A DNA stretch of 63,390 bases, counting the filler, from Reclinomonas americana ATCC 50394 (Eukaryota), in NCBI GenBank assembly GCA_048213135.1. It is 15 parts of 7 records of this genome, joined end to end, with 100 filler letters (N's around TTAATTAATTAA, not from the genome) between each part and the next. Parts side by side here need not be neighbours in the genome. Positions count along the whole stretch, not along the records: positions 24,355 to 28,244 come from PS015848.1; positions 28,345 to 30,317 come from PS015849.1; positions 30,418 to 35,173 come from PS015849.1; positions 35,274 to 42,587 come from PS015849.1; 11 more parts are not named here. One strand, given 5' to 3'. Shown piece by piece: positions 26,394 through 40,200 of the stretch (the first letter of the stretch is position 1; each line of letters starts with the position of its first letter). The notes under the pieces are model-generated. The model saw only the letters and a program-made list of their open reading frames with translations. It had not been told where the DNA came from and ran no database searches. The position numbers were made by a program, and so were the translations under genes.

Positions 26394-27026
26394 NNNNNNN
26401 NNNNNNNNNNNNNNNNNNNNNNNNNNNNNNNNNNNNNNNNNNNNNNNNNNNNNNNNNNNNNNNNNNNNNNNNNNNNNNNNNNNNNNNNNNNNNNNNNNNN
26501 NNNNNNNNNNNNNNNNNNNNNNNNNNNNNNNNNNNNNNNNNNNNNNNNNNNNNNNNNNNNNNNNNNNNNNNNNNNNNNNNNNNNNNNNNNNNNNNNNNNN
26601 NNNNNNNNNNNNNNNNNNNNNNNNNNNNNNNNNNNNNNNNNNNNNNNNNNNNNNNNNNNNNNNNNNNNNNNNNNNNNNNNNNNNNNNNNNNNNNNNNNNN
26701 NNNNNNNNNNNNNNNNNNNNNNNNNNNNNNNNNNNNNNNNNNNNNNNNNNNNNNNNNNNNNNNNNNNNNNNNNNNNNNNNNNNNNNNNNNNNNNNNNNNN
26801 NNNNNNNNNNNNNNNNNNNNNNNNNNNNNNNNNNNNNNNNNNNNNNNNNNNNNNNNNNNNNNNNNNNNNNNNNNNNNNNNNNNNNNNNNNNNNNNNNNNN
26901 NNNNNNNNNNNNNNNNNNNNNNNNNNNNNNNNNNNNNNNNNNNNNNNNNNNNNNNNNNNNNNNNNNNNNNNNNNNNNNCTCTCTCCCACTTCTCTCCTTC
27001 TCTCCTTCTCTCTCTCTCTCCCTTTC

Positions 27027-27057
<31 letters not shown>

Positions 27058-27367
27058 CGGCTCTCTCTTTGTCTGTCTCTCCCTCTCTCTCGCTCACTCT
27101 CACTCTCTCCATCCCACTCCCTCCTCCCTTTCCACCACACACCCTGCACACTGGACACTCATAATCCTGCGCCGTCCGACGACACTCCTCCACCACATTC
27201 TCCATACACACCGGAGGCGGAATGACATTCTCCACCGCCGGTCGATTAACTGCCAGCACCACGCGAAACACAAAGCGCTCCTCGTGCGGAGCCTCGCCCA
27301 CCACAATCACCTCGTCGCCAAGGACGATGTGTGGGTCAGCTGCCGGTGGCGGTGCAGCGGCGGACAT
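24830..27367 (-). CDS. RING- and TRAF-type zinc-finger, coiled-coil protein (TRAF-like E3 ligase), multi-exon
   Basis: Exons ~27143-27367 (MSAAAPPP...DYECPVCR), ~26081-26136 (DICQPDFVICSNEVHHLC), 25801-25830 (VACPTCYQRM), 25495-25744 (CRVCG..EHNWSECLRECPHGCG..HSRSVCRLPCPRCRVGC), 25297-25430 (QCAMTPAACRAEDLGC..DHERLC), 24988-25233 and 24830-24925 (E/Q/R-rich coiled coil). The last ends at phase 0 (AGG|GTGAG) without a stop. Junctions at 25860-26080 are unresolved. Confidence 0.82.
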
Positions 27368-27755
27368 GTCACTCGGCGCGGAAGAACTCCCGCCGCTCTC
27401 CTGCTGATCGTGGAGTCCCGTTGCAGTAGACAGAGAGCACAACCGAGATGCAACGAAGGCGAGTGTGTGACGCGTGCGCGCGTGTGATGGCCGGCAGACA
27501 ATACAAGTGGGGGACACGCGACGTCACAGACCATTCCATTAAACTCTCAAGAAAACGTGTTTGAATGCCAGGCTCTCTCTCCGTGTGGCAAGAGCTCTCA
27601 CCACATGACCGCTCATCACTCACTACAGGCAATGTGCACCATCCTGAACAAACAACGTCCTGTCCCACCAATCATACTTTTGTCCGGATTGCCCTCGTCT
27701 GCGCATTCTTCTCTCCTCCCTCCTCCTCCTGGCGATCCGTGGCGCCCGCGCCGCC

Positions 27756-28182
27756 ATGCGGTGTGTCCCTCACCTGCTGCACAACCTCCTGTGCTGGGCA
27801 CTGCTCCTTCTCGCATTATTCGCCAGTGCCGCTCATGGAAACACCCTTCGTCATCGCGAGTCGCATTTGACTGCGCACACGACCTCGTCCACCGCCGCCC
27901 TCTGCCAAGGTGAGCGCACTCACCACTCCTGCATCACTGCCGTCGATCTCGCTCATTTGATTGCAATCAGTGTCGGTGTCACCCACTGGAACGACCAACC
28001 CACCGTGCGGTGACGACGGCAGTAGCACACCGTGTGCGCTGAGTGCGGTAATGGCGTCGTGTGTGGCGCGTGGGTATTCTGAGTCGTCGTTGGAGTGGGC
28101 GTTGGAGGTGTTGTTGGACAGCGGTGTGTACGATTTGACAGCGAATGGAGCGCAGCTGGCGGTGACGGGTGAGTGGTGGTTG

Positions 28183-28229
<47 letters not shown>

Positions 28230-31200
28230 GGAGAGTCTGCTGTCNNNNNNNNNNNNNNNNNNNNNNNNNNNNNNNNNNNNNNNNNNNNTTAATTAATTAA
28301 NNNNNNNNNNNNNNNNNNNNNNNNNNNNNNNNNNNNNNNNNNNNCTCCCTTCCGCTTCTCCCTTCCGTCTTCCCCCTTCCGTCTTCCCCCTTCCCTCTTC
28401 CCCCTTCCCTCTTCCCTCTTCCATATCCCCCTTCCCTCTTCCCCCTTCCCCCTTCCCCCTTCCGTGTTCTCCCCGTTCCCTCTTTCCTTCTTCTTCCCTT
28501 TCCCTTGCCCTATTCCCCTCACCCATTCCTCTGCCCCTCCCCTTTCCCCCTCACCCATCTCCCCTGCTCATCGCCTTCCCCCTCGTCACCCCCACAGGCC
28601 GCAACACCACCCTCCACCCCTCCAACCCCCTCTCCCCACCCCCCACCCTCTCGGTTGGCTCCACCACCGCCCTCTCCACCTCCCACACCCCCCTCCTCCA
28701 CCTCTCGAATCTTGCATTCTCCAGCACCACCACCCCCTCCCCACAAGCCATCCACTGGACCGCCCCCATCACCACAACCCCCGCACAAGTCATCATCACC
28801 GACTGCACATTCGACTCTGTCACGATCCTCCTCGACGCGTCCGCCACTGGCTCTGCTCCCTCCACACTCTCCCTGTCATCATCGTCGTTCAGCCACGTGC
28901 GCTCCACTGGAGCTTCCTTCAACTCATCGCCACTCACCGTGGTCGGCGCGTTCACATCCTCCTCCGTCTCCGCATCACAATTCGAGGACTGCTTGAAGAG
29001 TGGCGCCAGCGCTTCCGGCGGAGCCGTATCGTTCTCCGACTTGCGCGACGGTGCCGTGGTGACCATGACGGCCTCAAATTTTACCGACAACGCGGTGATG
29101 GATCCATCGCTGACGCACGACGGAGGATCAGGCGGTGGCGCCGTGTTTGTCAGCGGTGCTGGAGTGCTGAACGTGACGGCCGATGACTGCTCGTTTGTGA
29201 GGAACTCGGCGTCGAGTCTCGCTGGCGATAACACGGGTGGTGGTGCACTACACGCCGCGGCATATGCCGGTGGTCGCGTACATCTGCGCGATACAGGCAG
29301 CTTGTGGCTCAACAACACCGTCTCGCAATGCGGCAACGGTGACTTGACGGCCGTGCCCAGTGGAGCCAACAATGTTGGTGGCGGCGCGATTCACATCTGG
29401 AATGGTGGTGTCGTTGCGATTACAGAGTCATCCTTCTCAGGCAACACGGTGGCGAATTGTGCGTCGGGCGTGCAATGCAGCCCTGGTTCAATGCACTGTG
29501 CGCTGCCTTCAGGGATGACGAATGCGGGAGGTGGAGCGCTGTCTGGTGGTGGGGCGATTTGGATGTTGGCATCGTCCAGTGCTGCTGCGTCGCCGTCGGT
29601 GGAGGTTTGTTGTGAGTTCAAGGTGTTGAAGGAGTCGTCACTCATTCAGCTCGCCTCTCACAGATTGAGCAATGCCGCTTCATCGCCAATCAGGCAGCCA
29701 GTGTTTGCAATGGAGGGAGTTACACATCAGGCGATGGAATATCGGGCCATCACTGCGGTGGCGGTGGGCTGTGGATTGACTCTGTTGCAGAGATCAAGGT
29801 ATTGGTGCGTGAACAGCGGTTGGTTGATTTTCTTGCTCACTCTCCCTCAGATTTCGGCAAGCGTGTTTACGGGTAATCTCGTAACACGGATTGCGAATGG
29901 CGGAGTCAACAATGTCGGCAGCAGTTCCTCCACAGGCAGCGTGGTCGGCGGAGGAGCCATCTGGTGGCGGTCTCCGGATCATGCGCCAGCCGTTGTGCAA
30001 CAGGTGAGGAGGGAGGGGAAGGGACGAAGTAAGCGAGCGTGGAAGCAAGGAATGCAGAGTGAATGAGTGAGGGAGAGAGAGAGAGAGAGATAGAGAAGAG
30101 GGGTGGCTGAGAGAAGTCAGAAGAGAGAGAACAAAGGACACAGAGCAAGACAACAAGAAGGAGAAGACGAGATGTATGGGAACGAGAAGTGGGAACGAGA
30201 GTGGGAACGAGAGTGGGAACGGGAGTGGGAACGGGAGTGGGAACGGGAGTGGGAACGGGAGTGGGAACGGGAGTGGGAACGGGAGAGTGGGAACGGGAGA
30301 GTGGGAATGGGAGTGGGNNNNNNNNNNNNNNNNNNNNNNNNNNNNNNNNNNNNNNNNNNNNTTAATTAATTAANNNNNNNNNNNNNNNNNNNNNNNNNNN
30401 NNNNNNNNNNNNNNNNNCTCCTTCCCCTCCTTCCCCTCCTTCCCCCTCCCTTCCCCCTCCCTTCCCCCTCCTTCCCCCTCCTTCCCCCTCCTTCCCCCTC
30501 CTTCCCCCTCCTTCTCCCTTAGCCACCTTCCTCATCCTCTTTCCCCCACCGCTGTGCAGATCGTGGACTCCATATTCGACTCCAACTCGGCAAGCGCAAT
30601 CACTCAGCAGGTCGATAATAATCCACACGCCCTGCTGATGGACTCCGTGTCTGCCGATGTTGTTGGCGGTGGGGCCATTCTCACGTACTCTGGCGTGGCC
30701 GATGACGATGCGTCGACTCGTCTTCAAGTTGCGCTGATCAGCGTTGCTGCTTTATGATGCGTTGCTCAACCAAGCCTGTTTCAGGACATTCGAAACACGA
30801 CGTTTGTGCTCAACTCCGTCTCCAATGCTGCCACCGGACGCAACGTGTATGCCTCTGTCGTTGGCGGTGGCGGCCTGTTGACGTATTTTGGGAGTGGCGG
30901 CCAGAGCACACAGGTGCGATCTTTCAGTTTGCATCAAGTAGAGGAGAGGGCGAGGCTGACTTTTGTCGGCAGGCACTCCAAAACTGCACCTTTGTCAACA
31001 ACCAAGTCAGCGACAGTGGCCTATCTCTTACCGTCGAAGGTGAGACACGTTGCGATCTTCATTTCTTGCACGCCTCGCTTATCTTGTGCGCAGAGAGCGT
31101 GCTGAACTTCGCCGGCGGAGGTGCTGCGCTCACGCACGCAGTGAACGCTGTATCCATCTCCCAGGTTAGGCGCTGTTCCTGCCGAACCCGCCTATCGTAG

Positions 31201-34200
31201 CAGCTGATCCGCGCAATCACAGGTCGTCCGCACGTCGCTGTTTTCGAGCAACATGGTGCAGGGACTCGGTCGCGGAAGCTCCGCTTACAGTCGCGCAGGC
31301 ATGATTGGTGGTGGAGCTCTGTATCTGTTTGCGAATTCGACATCCTCCAGTCAACAGGTTGGTTCTTCTTGCTCGACACATTCACCCGATTGTCCTCACT
31401 CACCTCTGTGCAGTCGATCTATGACACTGCGTTCCTCACCAACGGCGTGAGCAGCATTGCCTCAGACGGCGTCGGTTTGTCGTTGAGCCTCTGCAGCAGC
31501 GTCACGCTGATGCTGATCTGACTGTACATGCAGATTCGAGCGACATTGGTGGTGGTGCGCTCTGGTCCTCACTCGCGTCAGCGTCAGGCACTACAGGACA
31601 GGTGGGACTTCTGCAGCTTCGGCTTCGTCAGCGCGCTTTGTTTACATACTTCTCTGTTCAGGTTTTGAGCAATTGCACGTTTCAAGACAACTCTGCCACC
31701 GAACTGGGAAGCAGAGGTAGAGCATGAATGAGTTCAACCGCTCGCATCGAGTTGCTGACTCTGTGAACAGCGTCGTACACCGACACGTCATTATGCCAAC
31801 GTGTCGGAGGCGGAGCAGTATTTGCCTCCCTCTCCGCAGGTATCAGTGTCTCAGCTCAGCAGGTGAGTTTCCTGTCGCATCGGGCGAGATTGGGTCTCTT
31901 CTCACTTCGTCGCGCAGAGCATGCTCAACACTACTTTCATCCAAAACCACGCCAACCGCAACTGCGTGAAACGTTTCGTACATTGCCATTGATTTTCATC
32001 GATCGCAGTGACTCATACCTTGTCGGTGATGTCAGAAAACGTGATTGGCATCCCGAACGCAAGTGCCACGGCTCGCTCGCTGGCAGTTGGAGGCGGAGGC
32101 GTGTGGGCGAGTTTCTCAGTCGTTCAGGGCTCTCTTGTGCAGGCAAGTCTTTCTGTTCTATGAATTTTGACGTTTCTTCTCGTTGTTTGTTTCTTGGCAA
32201 GTGAGACACATCGGCTGCGATGCAGAAGCGCTCACCTTGACAGAGAGTGGCGTTGGATGAGGTCGTGTGCACCATTATGCGAATCACGATGGCGAAGTGT
32301 GCTAATCTCTCGCGATCATCATCTCTCTGAGTCTCTCATCAGTTCTTTCCTGCCCTTCACGGTGACGAAGGGTTTTTATCTCTCCCGATCATCATCTCTC
32401 TTAATCCCTGATCAATCTCTGCCTGCCCTTCACGGTGACGAAGTGTGCTCATCTCTCGCGATCATCATCTCTCTCAGTCTCTCATCAGTTCTTTCCTGCC
32501 CTTCACGGTGACGAAGGGTTTTTATCTCTCCCGAACATCATCTCTCTTAATCCCTGATCAATCTCTGCCTGCTTTCACTTCCAGTTTTCTCTCATACCTC
32601 TCCTTGTACCTTTTGTTTCCATGCCATCTCCTCTTCCTCGGTCTTTTTCTCATTCCTTCTTTCTCTAACTTCCTCGCTTCCCACGCACTGCACACGCGCA
32701 CAGTGCAGGAAACTGTAACGCGAGTGTTTTCGTCAGCGTTCCTTGTTCCCTTTTCTGCAAGTTTTCAATTCCCTTCGCGCTGTGCTTCGTCCATCTATCT
32801 GTCTCTCTCGCCAACTATTATTGTCGGCATCCTGATTCCGTCCCTTATTCTGCTTTTCCTTTGTTCTTGTCCCCTTTCAATTGCTTTGCTCTCTCGCGCT
32901 TGCGCGCCACTCACCCCACCTCCTTCTGTTCCTTCCTTACGCAGCGAATCGCCTCGTGCACCTTTTCGCGCAACTCAGCCGACGACAACGCGACTGGTGG
33001 TACGATCTTGTCAGTGCCTCGTCTTGCATACCTATTCTATTATGTAACATTTGCCGGTTCCCAGGCACCGATACGGTTGCGAGCAACGCTGATGCTTCAT
33101 CTGAATCGCAAGTTGTTGGTGGCGGCGGCATGCTGGTCGTAATGTCATCGCTGTTGAACAGCACGATGTCTCAAGTTGTGTGTTTTGGTATTATTGGTCT
33201 TCGTTTCTTGGTGTTGACTCCGTGTCCGCAGTCTATCGACACGGTGGCCTTTCTCGGCAACACTGCCGACCGCAACGGCGGAGCAGGTTTGTTTTAGTGA
33301 TTTCAAACGCATCTCAGCAGCGAGCTCACGACCTTACAACAGGCACTGTGCGCGACACCGACGCCAATTCCATTGCATCGCGCATCGGTGGTGGCGGCAT
33401 GATGGCAATCTTTGGCACTGTCGACAGTAACGCTGCTCATTCCAATGCGCAACAGGTGCTTGTGTGTTGAATCGATATTCTCGTGTCTGTGCAACTGACC
33501 GCGTGTTGCAGGAGGTCGTCAACTGCAGATTCCTGGGCAACGCAGTGAGGGGCAATGCACGAGGTGGAACTGTAGGTTTGTCAGCAACGTGTTGCCTGAT
33601 TCGTCTGTCACGGCTCGTCGCACTCTCGTATGCTTCGCATCTGATTCTCTTGCTCTCATTGGGTACTTTGTGCTGTTCCAGTCAATGTGATCCGCTCTGT
33701 CATGTGATTTGGGCTGATGTCTCTTCGTCTTGGTCTCAGTCAATCACGCATCCTTTGCCTCTGCTCCAGACTCCGTCTCAAGGTCTTTCTCTCATTCAGT
33801 CTCTGTCGATCGCGGAGTCGTTGCCTTCTGCTCCATGTCTCTGTCTTAAGACCTTTCTCATTTGGTCTCCATTGTGCGGCCATTGCCTCCTGCTCCAGGC
33901 TCGGTCTTTCGCTCATTCGGTCTCTATCAATCACGCATCCTTTGTCTTCTGCTCCAGACTCTGTCTTAAGACCTTTCCCATTTGGTCTCCATCGCGCGGT
34001 TATTGCACTGTGCTCCAGGCTCTATCTCGCTCATTCGGTCTCTGTCGATCGCACAGTGTTGCATTCTGCTCCAGGTCTTTGAGTTTCTCTCTCTTGGTCA
34101 CTGTCAATTACGCGGCCGTTGTCTGTTTGATCCAAACCTCTTTCCTCCTCTGGAAGTGGCTGCCCTCCCAGAACTTTGTCTTCTCACAGAGCTCTTCAGA

Positions 34201-37200
34201 TCACCGACCTGCTTTCATCCTGTCCATGATTCTCTCCTTGTGTCTGTTTTTCTTCTATACACCTCTCAGTCTTGCTTGATCTCGGTTTCTTCTGTCCTTC
34301 TGTATGTCTCTTACATTTTTTGTCTTCTCGCACACTCTTCGTCTGCTCCGTTGTGGCACCACTGTTTTAACCTGCTTGACTCATACCTCCCCAGCAACTC
34401 CCTTCACTGGCTCCACGTACTCATACACCTCGGAATCCGGCGGTGGCGGCATGTATGTGCTCTTCGACACTGGCCTGCAGCAAGCCCACCAGGTCTCTTC
34501 ATGCTCTATCTTTCTACGATATTCAATCTATACTTACCATTCTTCGCAGCTTGTCTCACAATCGTCGTTTCATAATAATACGGCGAGCGACAACGGAGTG
34601 GGAGGTGTGTGACAAGCATTTGTGCTGCGATGCGGTTGAGCAACTGACTCTCTGTTCGCGACAGGCGCAAGTGGCAGTATAGCGGCATCAGCAACTGGCA
34701 TAAGTGTCGGCGGTGGAGCCATTTGGTTGCGCGCGACGCCGACGTCGAGCAGCTCACAGGTATTTGTTTCACGAGACAGTCGCGGCTAACTCAGTCTCTG
34801 TTTCTCTGTTCTTCTTTCTCTCGTGTACTCTCGCTCTCTTTCTAGCTTTCCTTTGTCCACCTTCTCTTGGGTTTCCTCTCTCTTTCATTTCTTCCGTTCG
34901 CTCTTTTCCGTTGTGTCTCTCGTCTCTCATGTCATGTTGTCCTCTTGTTCCTGCTTTGTCGTTTGGCTCCACCCTTCCTCTCATGTTCCCTCCACTTTTT
35001 ATCTTACTTCCCTTCTCATCTCATCGCTTCTCTGTACTTCTTTTTTCTCCCTCTCTCTTTCTCTGTCTCTCTATTTCTCCATGTCTCCCATGTCATATCC
35101 TTTCTTCTCTTTATTCTCCTTCTCCTTCTCCTTCCCCTTCTCCTTCTCCTTCTCCTTCCCCTTCTCCTTCTCCNNNNNNNNNNNNNNNNNNNNNNNNNNN
35201 NNNNNNNNNNNNNNNNNTTAATTAATTAANNNNNNNNNNNNNNNNNNNNNNNNNNNNNNNNNNNNNNNNNNNNTTCTCCTTCTCCTCTCCTCTCCTCTCC
35301 TCTCCTCTCCTCTCCTCTCCTCTCCTCTCCTCTCCTCTCCTCTCCTCTCCATCCCCGCCCCTCTTTTCCTCTTCTTATTCCTCCTTGCCCTCCTCCCCAG
35401 ACCATCACCTCCTGCACCTTCACGCACAACCGCGCCGAAAACAACATCGTCGGCGGTGCACACGGCGTCGACGCCAGCGCCAACGGCCGTCGCATCGGCG
35501 GAGGCGCCTTGCTCCTGCAACTGATGTCTGCCACGGTTTGTTACTGAAATTCCCCGTTGTCTTTCTACACTGTCCTCCTCATTTGCCCTCTCCACCATCG
35601 CAGCTCGGCATTGTGGACTCGCTGTTCGTAGAGAACAGTGCGCAAGGCAACGGCTGCGGAGGACAATTCAGCGCCGACCAATCCAACGCCGGAGGACGCG
35701 CCGTCGGCGGTGGAGCTGTACAGGCCACACTGAGCATCAAAGCACTGCTGCAGGTGCCTCGCATCCTTCATGTTCATTCGTGGAATTCTGTGAGCCTGAC
35801 CTTGCTTCACAGATCGCATTCTCTGCATTCGTGAACAACACCGCCGTGGGCAATGGTGAGTGTGCGATTTCGTCACGATTGTCTCTCTTCTGTACTTCTA
35901 ACTCTCTCCGCAGGCGCTGCTGGTGATCACGCCGCCATCTCCGCGGCATCATTCACTGCATTTTCTGGCGGCGGCGCCATGCTGCTGTACTGCGACGAAG
36001 ACGTGCTGCAATCTGCCGTTGCCGGCGTGGTGGTCTGTCATGTCGTCGGCAGTCCTTCAATTTCTCAACCTGTCTCACTCCCCTTGATGTTCGCCAGTCC
36101 GCGTCACACTCCATTTTCAGCAACAACCTTTCCACCCGCAACGGCTGGAGTGGGAGCTACACACTGAGCGGTGCCTCATTTGGTGGTCTCAGCGGTGGTG
36201 GGGCGATTTTGGTGCTCGGTCCGCAGGCTGTGATACCGGTGAGTGGTGATGTAGAAATTGAAGAATCGAGTTTCCCCACTCCGACCCTCTCTCATTCCTA
36301 CTTTCTCTCACTCCTCCATCTCTCACCTCTTCCATCTCTCTCCTCTTCCATCTCTCATTGCTTCCATCTGTCATCTCTAATTCCTCCTTCACCTTCGCAT
36401 CTCTCCTTCCTTCTTCTCTCGATCTCGCTTCTTCTTTGTCTCACTCCTTCTTTGTCTCGCTCTTTTTTGTCTCACTCCTTCCATCTCTCATGCTTTCCAT
36501 CTCTTACTCGTTTCATCTCTAATGTCTCCCATCTCTCGCTCCTTCCACTTCTCACTCCATTCTTCTCTCGCTCTTTCTTTGTCTCGCTCCTTTTGTCTCT
36601 CTCACCTCTTCCATCTCTCACCTCGTCCATCTCTCCAAGTGTCTCACCTTCCATGTCTCACTCCTCCATCGCTCACTCCTTCTTTCACTCTTTCCTTCCG
36701 TGTATCACCTCTCATTCCTCCACCTTCACCTTCGCATCTCTCCTTCCTTCTCGCCTTCCTTCTCTCTATCGCCTCTTCTTGTCCCACTCCTTCTTTGTCT
36801 CACTCCTTCCATCTCTCGTTCATTCCATTTCTCACTTATATTTTCCGTCAAAGCAACACACGTGCAGTTTGTACTGCAAGTATGCTGCTCCTTTGTCTTG
36901 TTGTTTCGCGTTGCATATTCTCTCCACGAAGATTAACACTCTCTCCTCAATTCTCCTGACTTTCAAGACTGTGTTCTCGCTCTTCGTCCACGAGTACTCA
37001 ACTTTCCACTGACAAAATTGTCAACTCTCCATAACTCGCTGTTTGCACACACACTCTCTTCCGCCTCCGTTTCTTCCTCTCTCTCTCCCTTTCTCTCTTA
37101 ATTTCTCTCTTTGTATCATTTTCCCCCTCATATCCCCTTTTCTCTTTGTTCCCCCTCACTCCCTTTCCATATCTTCCTCTCTCTCTCCCTTTCTCTCCTA

Positions 37201-40200
37201 ATTTCTCTCTTTGTATCATTTCCCCCTCACACCCCCTTTCCCCTTTATTCCCCCTCACTCCCTTTCCATATCTTCCCCTCTCTCTCCCGTTCTCTCCTCA
37301 TTTGTCTTCTTTTCTCTTTGTGTCTTTTCCCCCCTTACACCCCATTTCCCTCCCTTCCCCTTCCCATTCCCTCAATCCCCCTTCCCCTTTCCCTCCCCTC
37401 ACTCCTTTCCCCATTNNNNNNNNNNNNNNNNNNNNNNNNNNNNNNNNNNNNNNNNNNNNNNNNNNNNNNNNNNNNNNNNNNNNNNNNNNNNNNNNNNNNN
37501 NNNNNNNNNNNNNNNNNNNNNNNNNNNNNNNNNCTCTCTCTCTCTCTCTCTCTCCTCTCTCCTCCTCTCTCTCTCTCTCTCTCTCCTTCCCTCCCTCCCT
37601 CCCCTCCCCCCCCCCACCCAGTGGGTCCTCCACAACAACACCTACCTCTCCAACACCTCCTCCAACGACGGCACCGGCGGCCTCTCCACCCTCTTCGGCG
37701 CCGAAGGCAGCAAGCGCAACGGCGGTGGCGCCCTCATGCTCCTCAACAATGTCGTCGTCTCCTCCTCCCAATTCCTCGGCAATCGCGTGGAGGACGCTGG
37801 CGTAGGACGCGGCCTCTCTGCCTCGGGATCTCTGTGCGGCGGCGGCGCCATCCTGCTCCTGAATGGAGCCTCCGTGGCCACGTCGGCGATTATCGGCAAC
37901 TCCGTGTCGTCGTCGGTCCCGCAAGTCATTGCCGGTCACTCGTGCGGCGGCGGTGGCCTGTTGGTGGACACCATTGGCGTTGTTTTCAACAGCACTGTCG
38001 TCGGCAACAACGTATCGGGTGCGCTGATCAGTGGCGGCGGCGTGCTTCTGGGCCAGGGCTCCATGTTGAATCGTGTGACGGTGGCCGGCAATATCGCCGA
38101 GTTTGCTGGTGGCGGTCTCTCGGTGTATGGAACCGATGGAGTGCTGGTGAATTCGACGATAGCGCAGAATGGAGCGGGAGGTTACGGAGGCGGCATTGTG
38201 GTCATCGAGGTCGCCACCATCTGCCAGCTGCTTGGAGTGCAGCTGGTGGAGAATGTGGCAGTCTATGGTGGCGGCATTGCCATGGTCAGCCCGTTCTCCA
38301 CGCTGACCGTGCTGTCGTCGTTGATGCACGGCAATGTGGCGCAACGCAACGGCGGTGCCGCGTTCATCACGGCCATTGCCGTGTTCCAGGTGGCGGCGCA
38401 GACGGTGGCGTCGAACAATCGGGCCCTGAGTTTCGGCGGCTGCATGTTTGCCAATTCGCAAGCCACCTCGGTGTGGACCGACTCCTTCATTGTGGACAAC
38501 ACGGCGGTGTTTGGCAGCGCTGTGGCGGTGTCGGAGAACAGTGTGCATACATTTGTGCGTTCGTACATTGAGCGAAACAAGGGCGCCGACGGCAGCGGGC
38601 TGTACGCCGTCGGCGAATCGATAGTGACGCTGGACACGTGCCTGGTGACTGGCAACGAGGCCTCGCTGGCCGGCGGCGGCATGTACATTTCCGAGCTGGC
38701 AGTTGTCACCACTAGCGAGACGGCATTTACCGACAATGTAGCGGCCACCACCGGCGGCCACGTGTACGCGCGCGGGCGTGCCAAGTGGGACGACAGTGGG
38801 AGTCAATTTATGCGTGGGCGAGCGCAAGACGCCGGCGGAGGAGCGTTTCTGGGTGGCACGGCACGCTCACGTCTCGACACGACTCACTTTCGTGACAATG
38901 TCGTCACCGATGGCGTCGGCGGCGCCATGTCGGTGATAGAGAGGGCGTTTGTGTCCCTCGCACACGGTTCATTGGTAGGCAATCGCGCACTGACGGGCGG
39001 CGCGGCGTCGATCGAGGGCGACTCCACTGTCATCCTCGACGCGGTGCGTGTCGACTCGAATCAGGCGCTGGCGGCCGGCGGAGGCTTCCTCATCAGCGAC
39101 GCGAGCAACGTGACGTGCACGCACTGCGTCTTCACGAGCAATGCGGCATTGCGCGGCGACGGCGGCGGCGCCAGTGTCGCAAGCAGTTCGCGCACCAGCT
39201 TTATCCAGTCGTCGTTTGTAGACAACCGCACCGGCAGCCGCGGCGGAGGCCTCGCCGTCAACATGACCGACACTGCGTCGGCGCCATTTGTGGCGGGTGT
39301 GGCACTTGATCGAGTGGATTTCACCGGCAATGCCGCATTTGGAACGGGAGACAGTGATGCCACGCAGCTGCTGGGCGAGGGTGCCGGCGGTGGTGTGTAT
39401 TGGAACGGTGGTGGCGATCCCGCCCTGCTGGTGCCGTTGTATCAGGCGTTTCAGTTTATGGGTGGATGGCGTGAGTGGATGGAGGCGCATCGGGTGACCG
39501 CCGCAGGCAATGTCGCCACCAGTGTGAATGCCACGGATGTGGGGAGCAGTTGCGGAGCGGGAGGGAGGGGAAGGGGGTGAAGGGGGAAGGGATGTGGGGA
39601 AAAGGGGGAAGAGAGGTTTCGTTCAGCGTGGCTTCGGCTTCTCTCTGATATTTTGAACGCAGACAAGAGGTGTGGGTGTGTACACTCGTTGCTTCTTCTG
39701 TTTTGGTGTGTGTCGCCTTTTGCCATTTCACACGCGCATTCCTTTACCCGCGTAACTTTCCCTCGTTCATCTTCTCTCTTCTCGACCTCGCCTCTGCCCT
39801 TCTTCCTCTCTACCCTCTCTTCCTCTACCCTATTCGTCTCTTCTCATTCTCGTTCTCATTCTCGTTCTCATTCTCATTCTCATTGTCGTTCTCATTCTCA
39901 TTCTCATTCTCATTCTCGTTCTCATTCTCATTCTCATTCTCATTCTCATTTTCTTTCTTTGTCATTCATAGTTCTTTGTTCTCCCATCTTTCCTACCTAT
40001 CTTTACTGATCTGTCCTTCCTATTGCACATGCGGAGAGTGAGTGACAACACGTTGATTGTTCCTTATCTCTCTTCCTGTACGCTTTGTGAGAGATGCATC
40101 GATTTGACCCGCTTCCCCTTGTTGCCAGCCTTCTCTCTTTTTGTTGCTCATGTCAGGGGAGACCAGAAGTAGAGTAATATGTTCTTGCTTTCTGAAAGTT

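Noticed and set aside
37298..38827. 509-aa minus-strand ORF and similar antisense ORFs
   Set aside because: Shadow frames of GC-rich plus-strand exons of the beta-helix gene.
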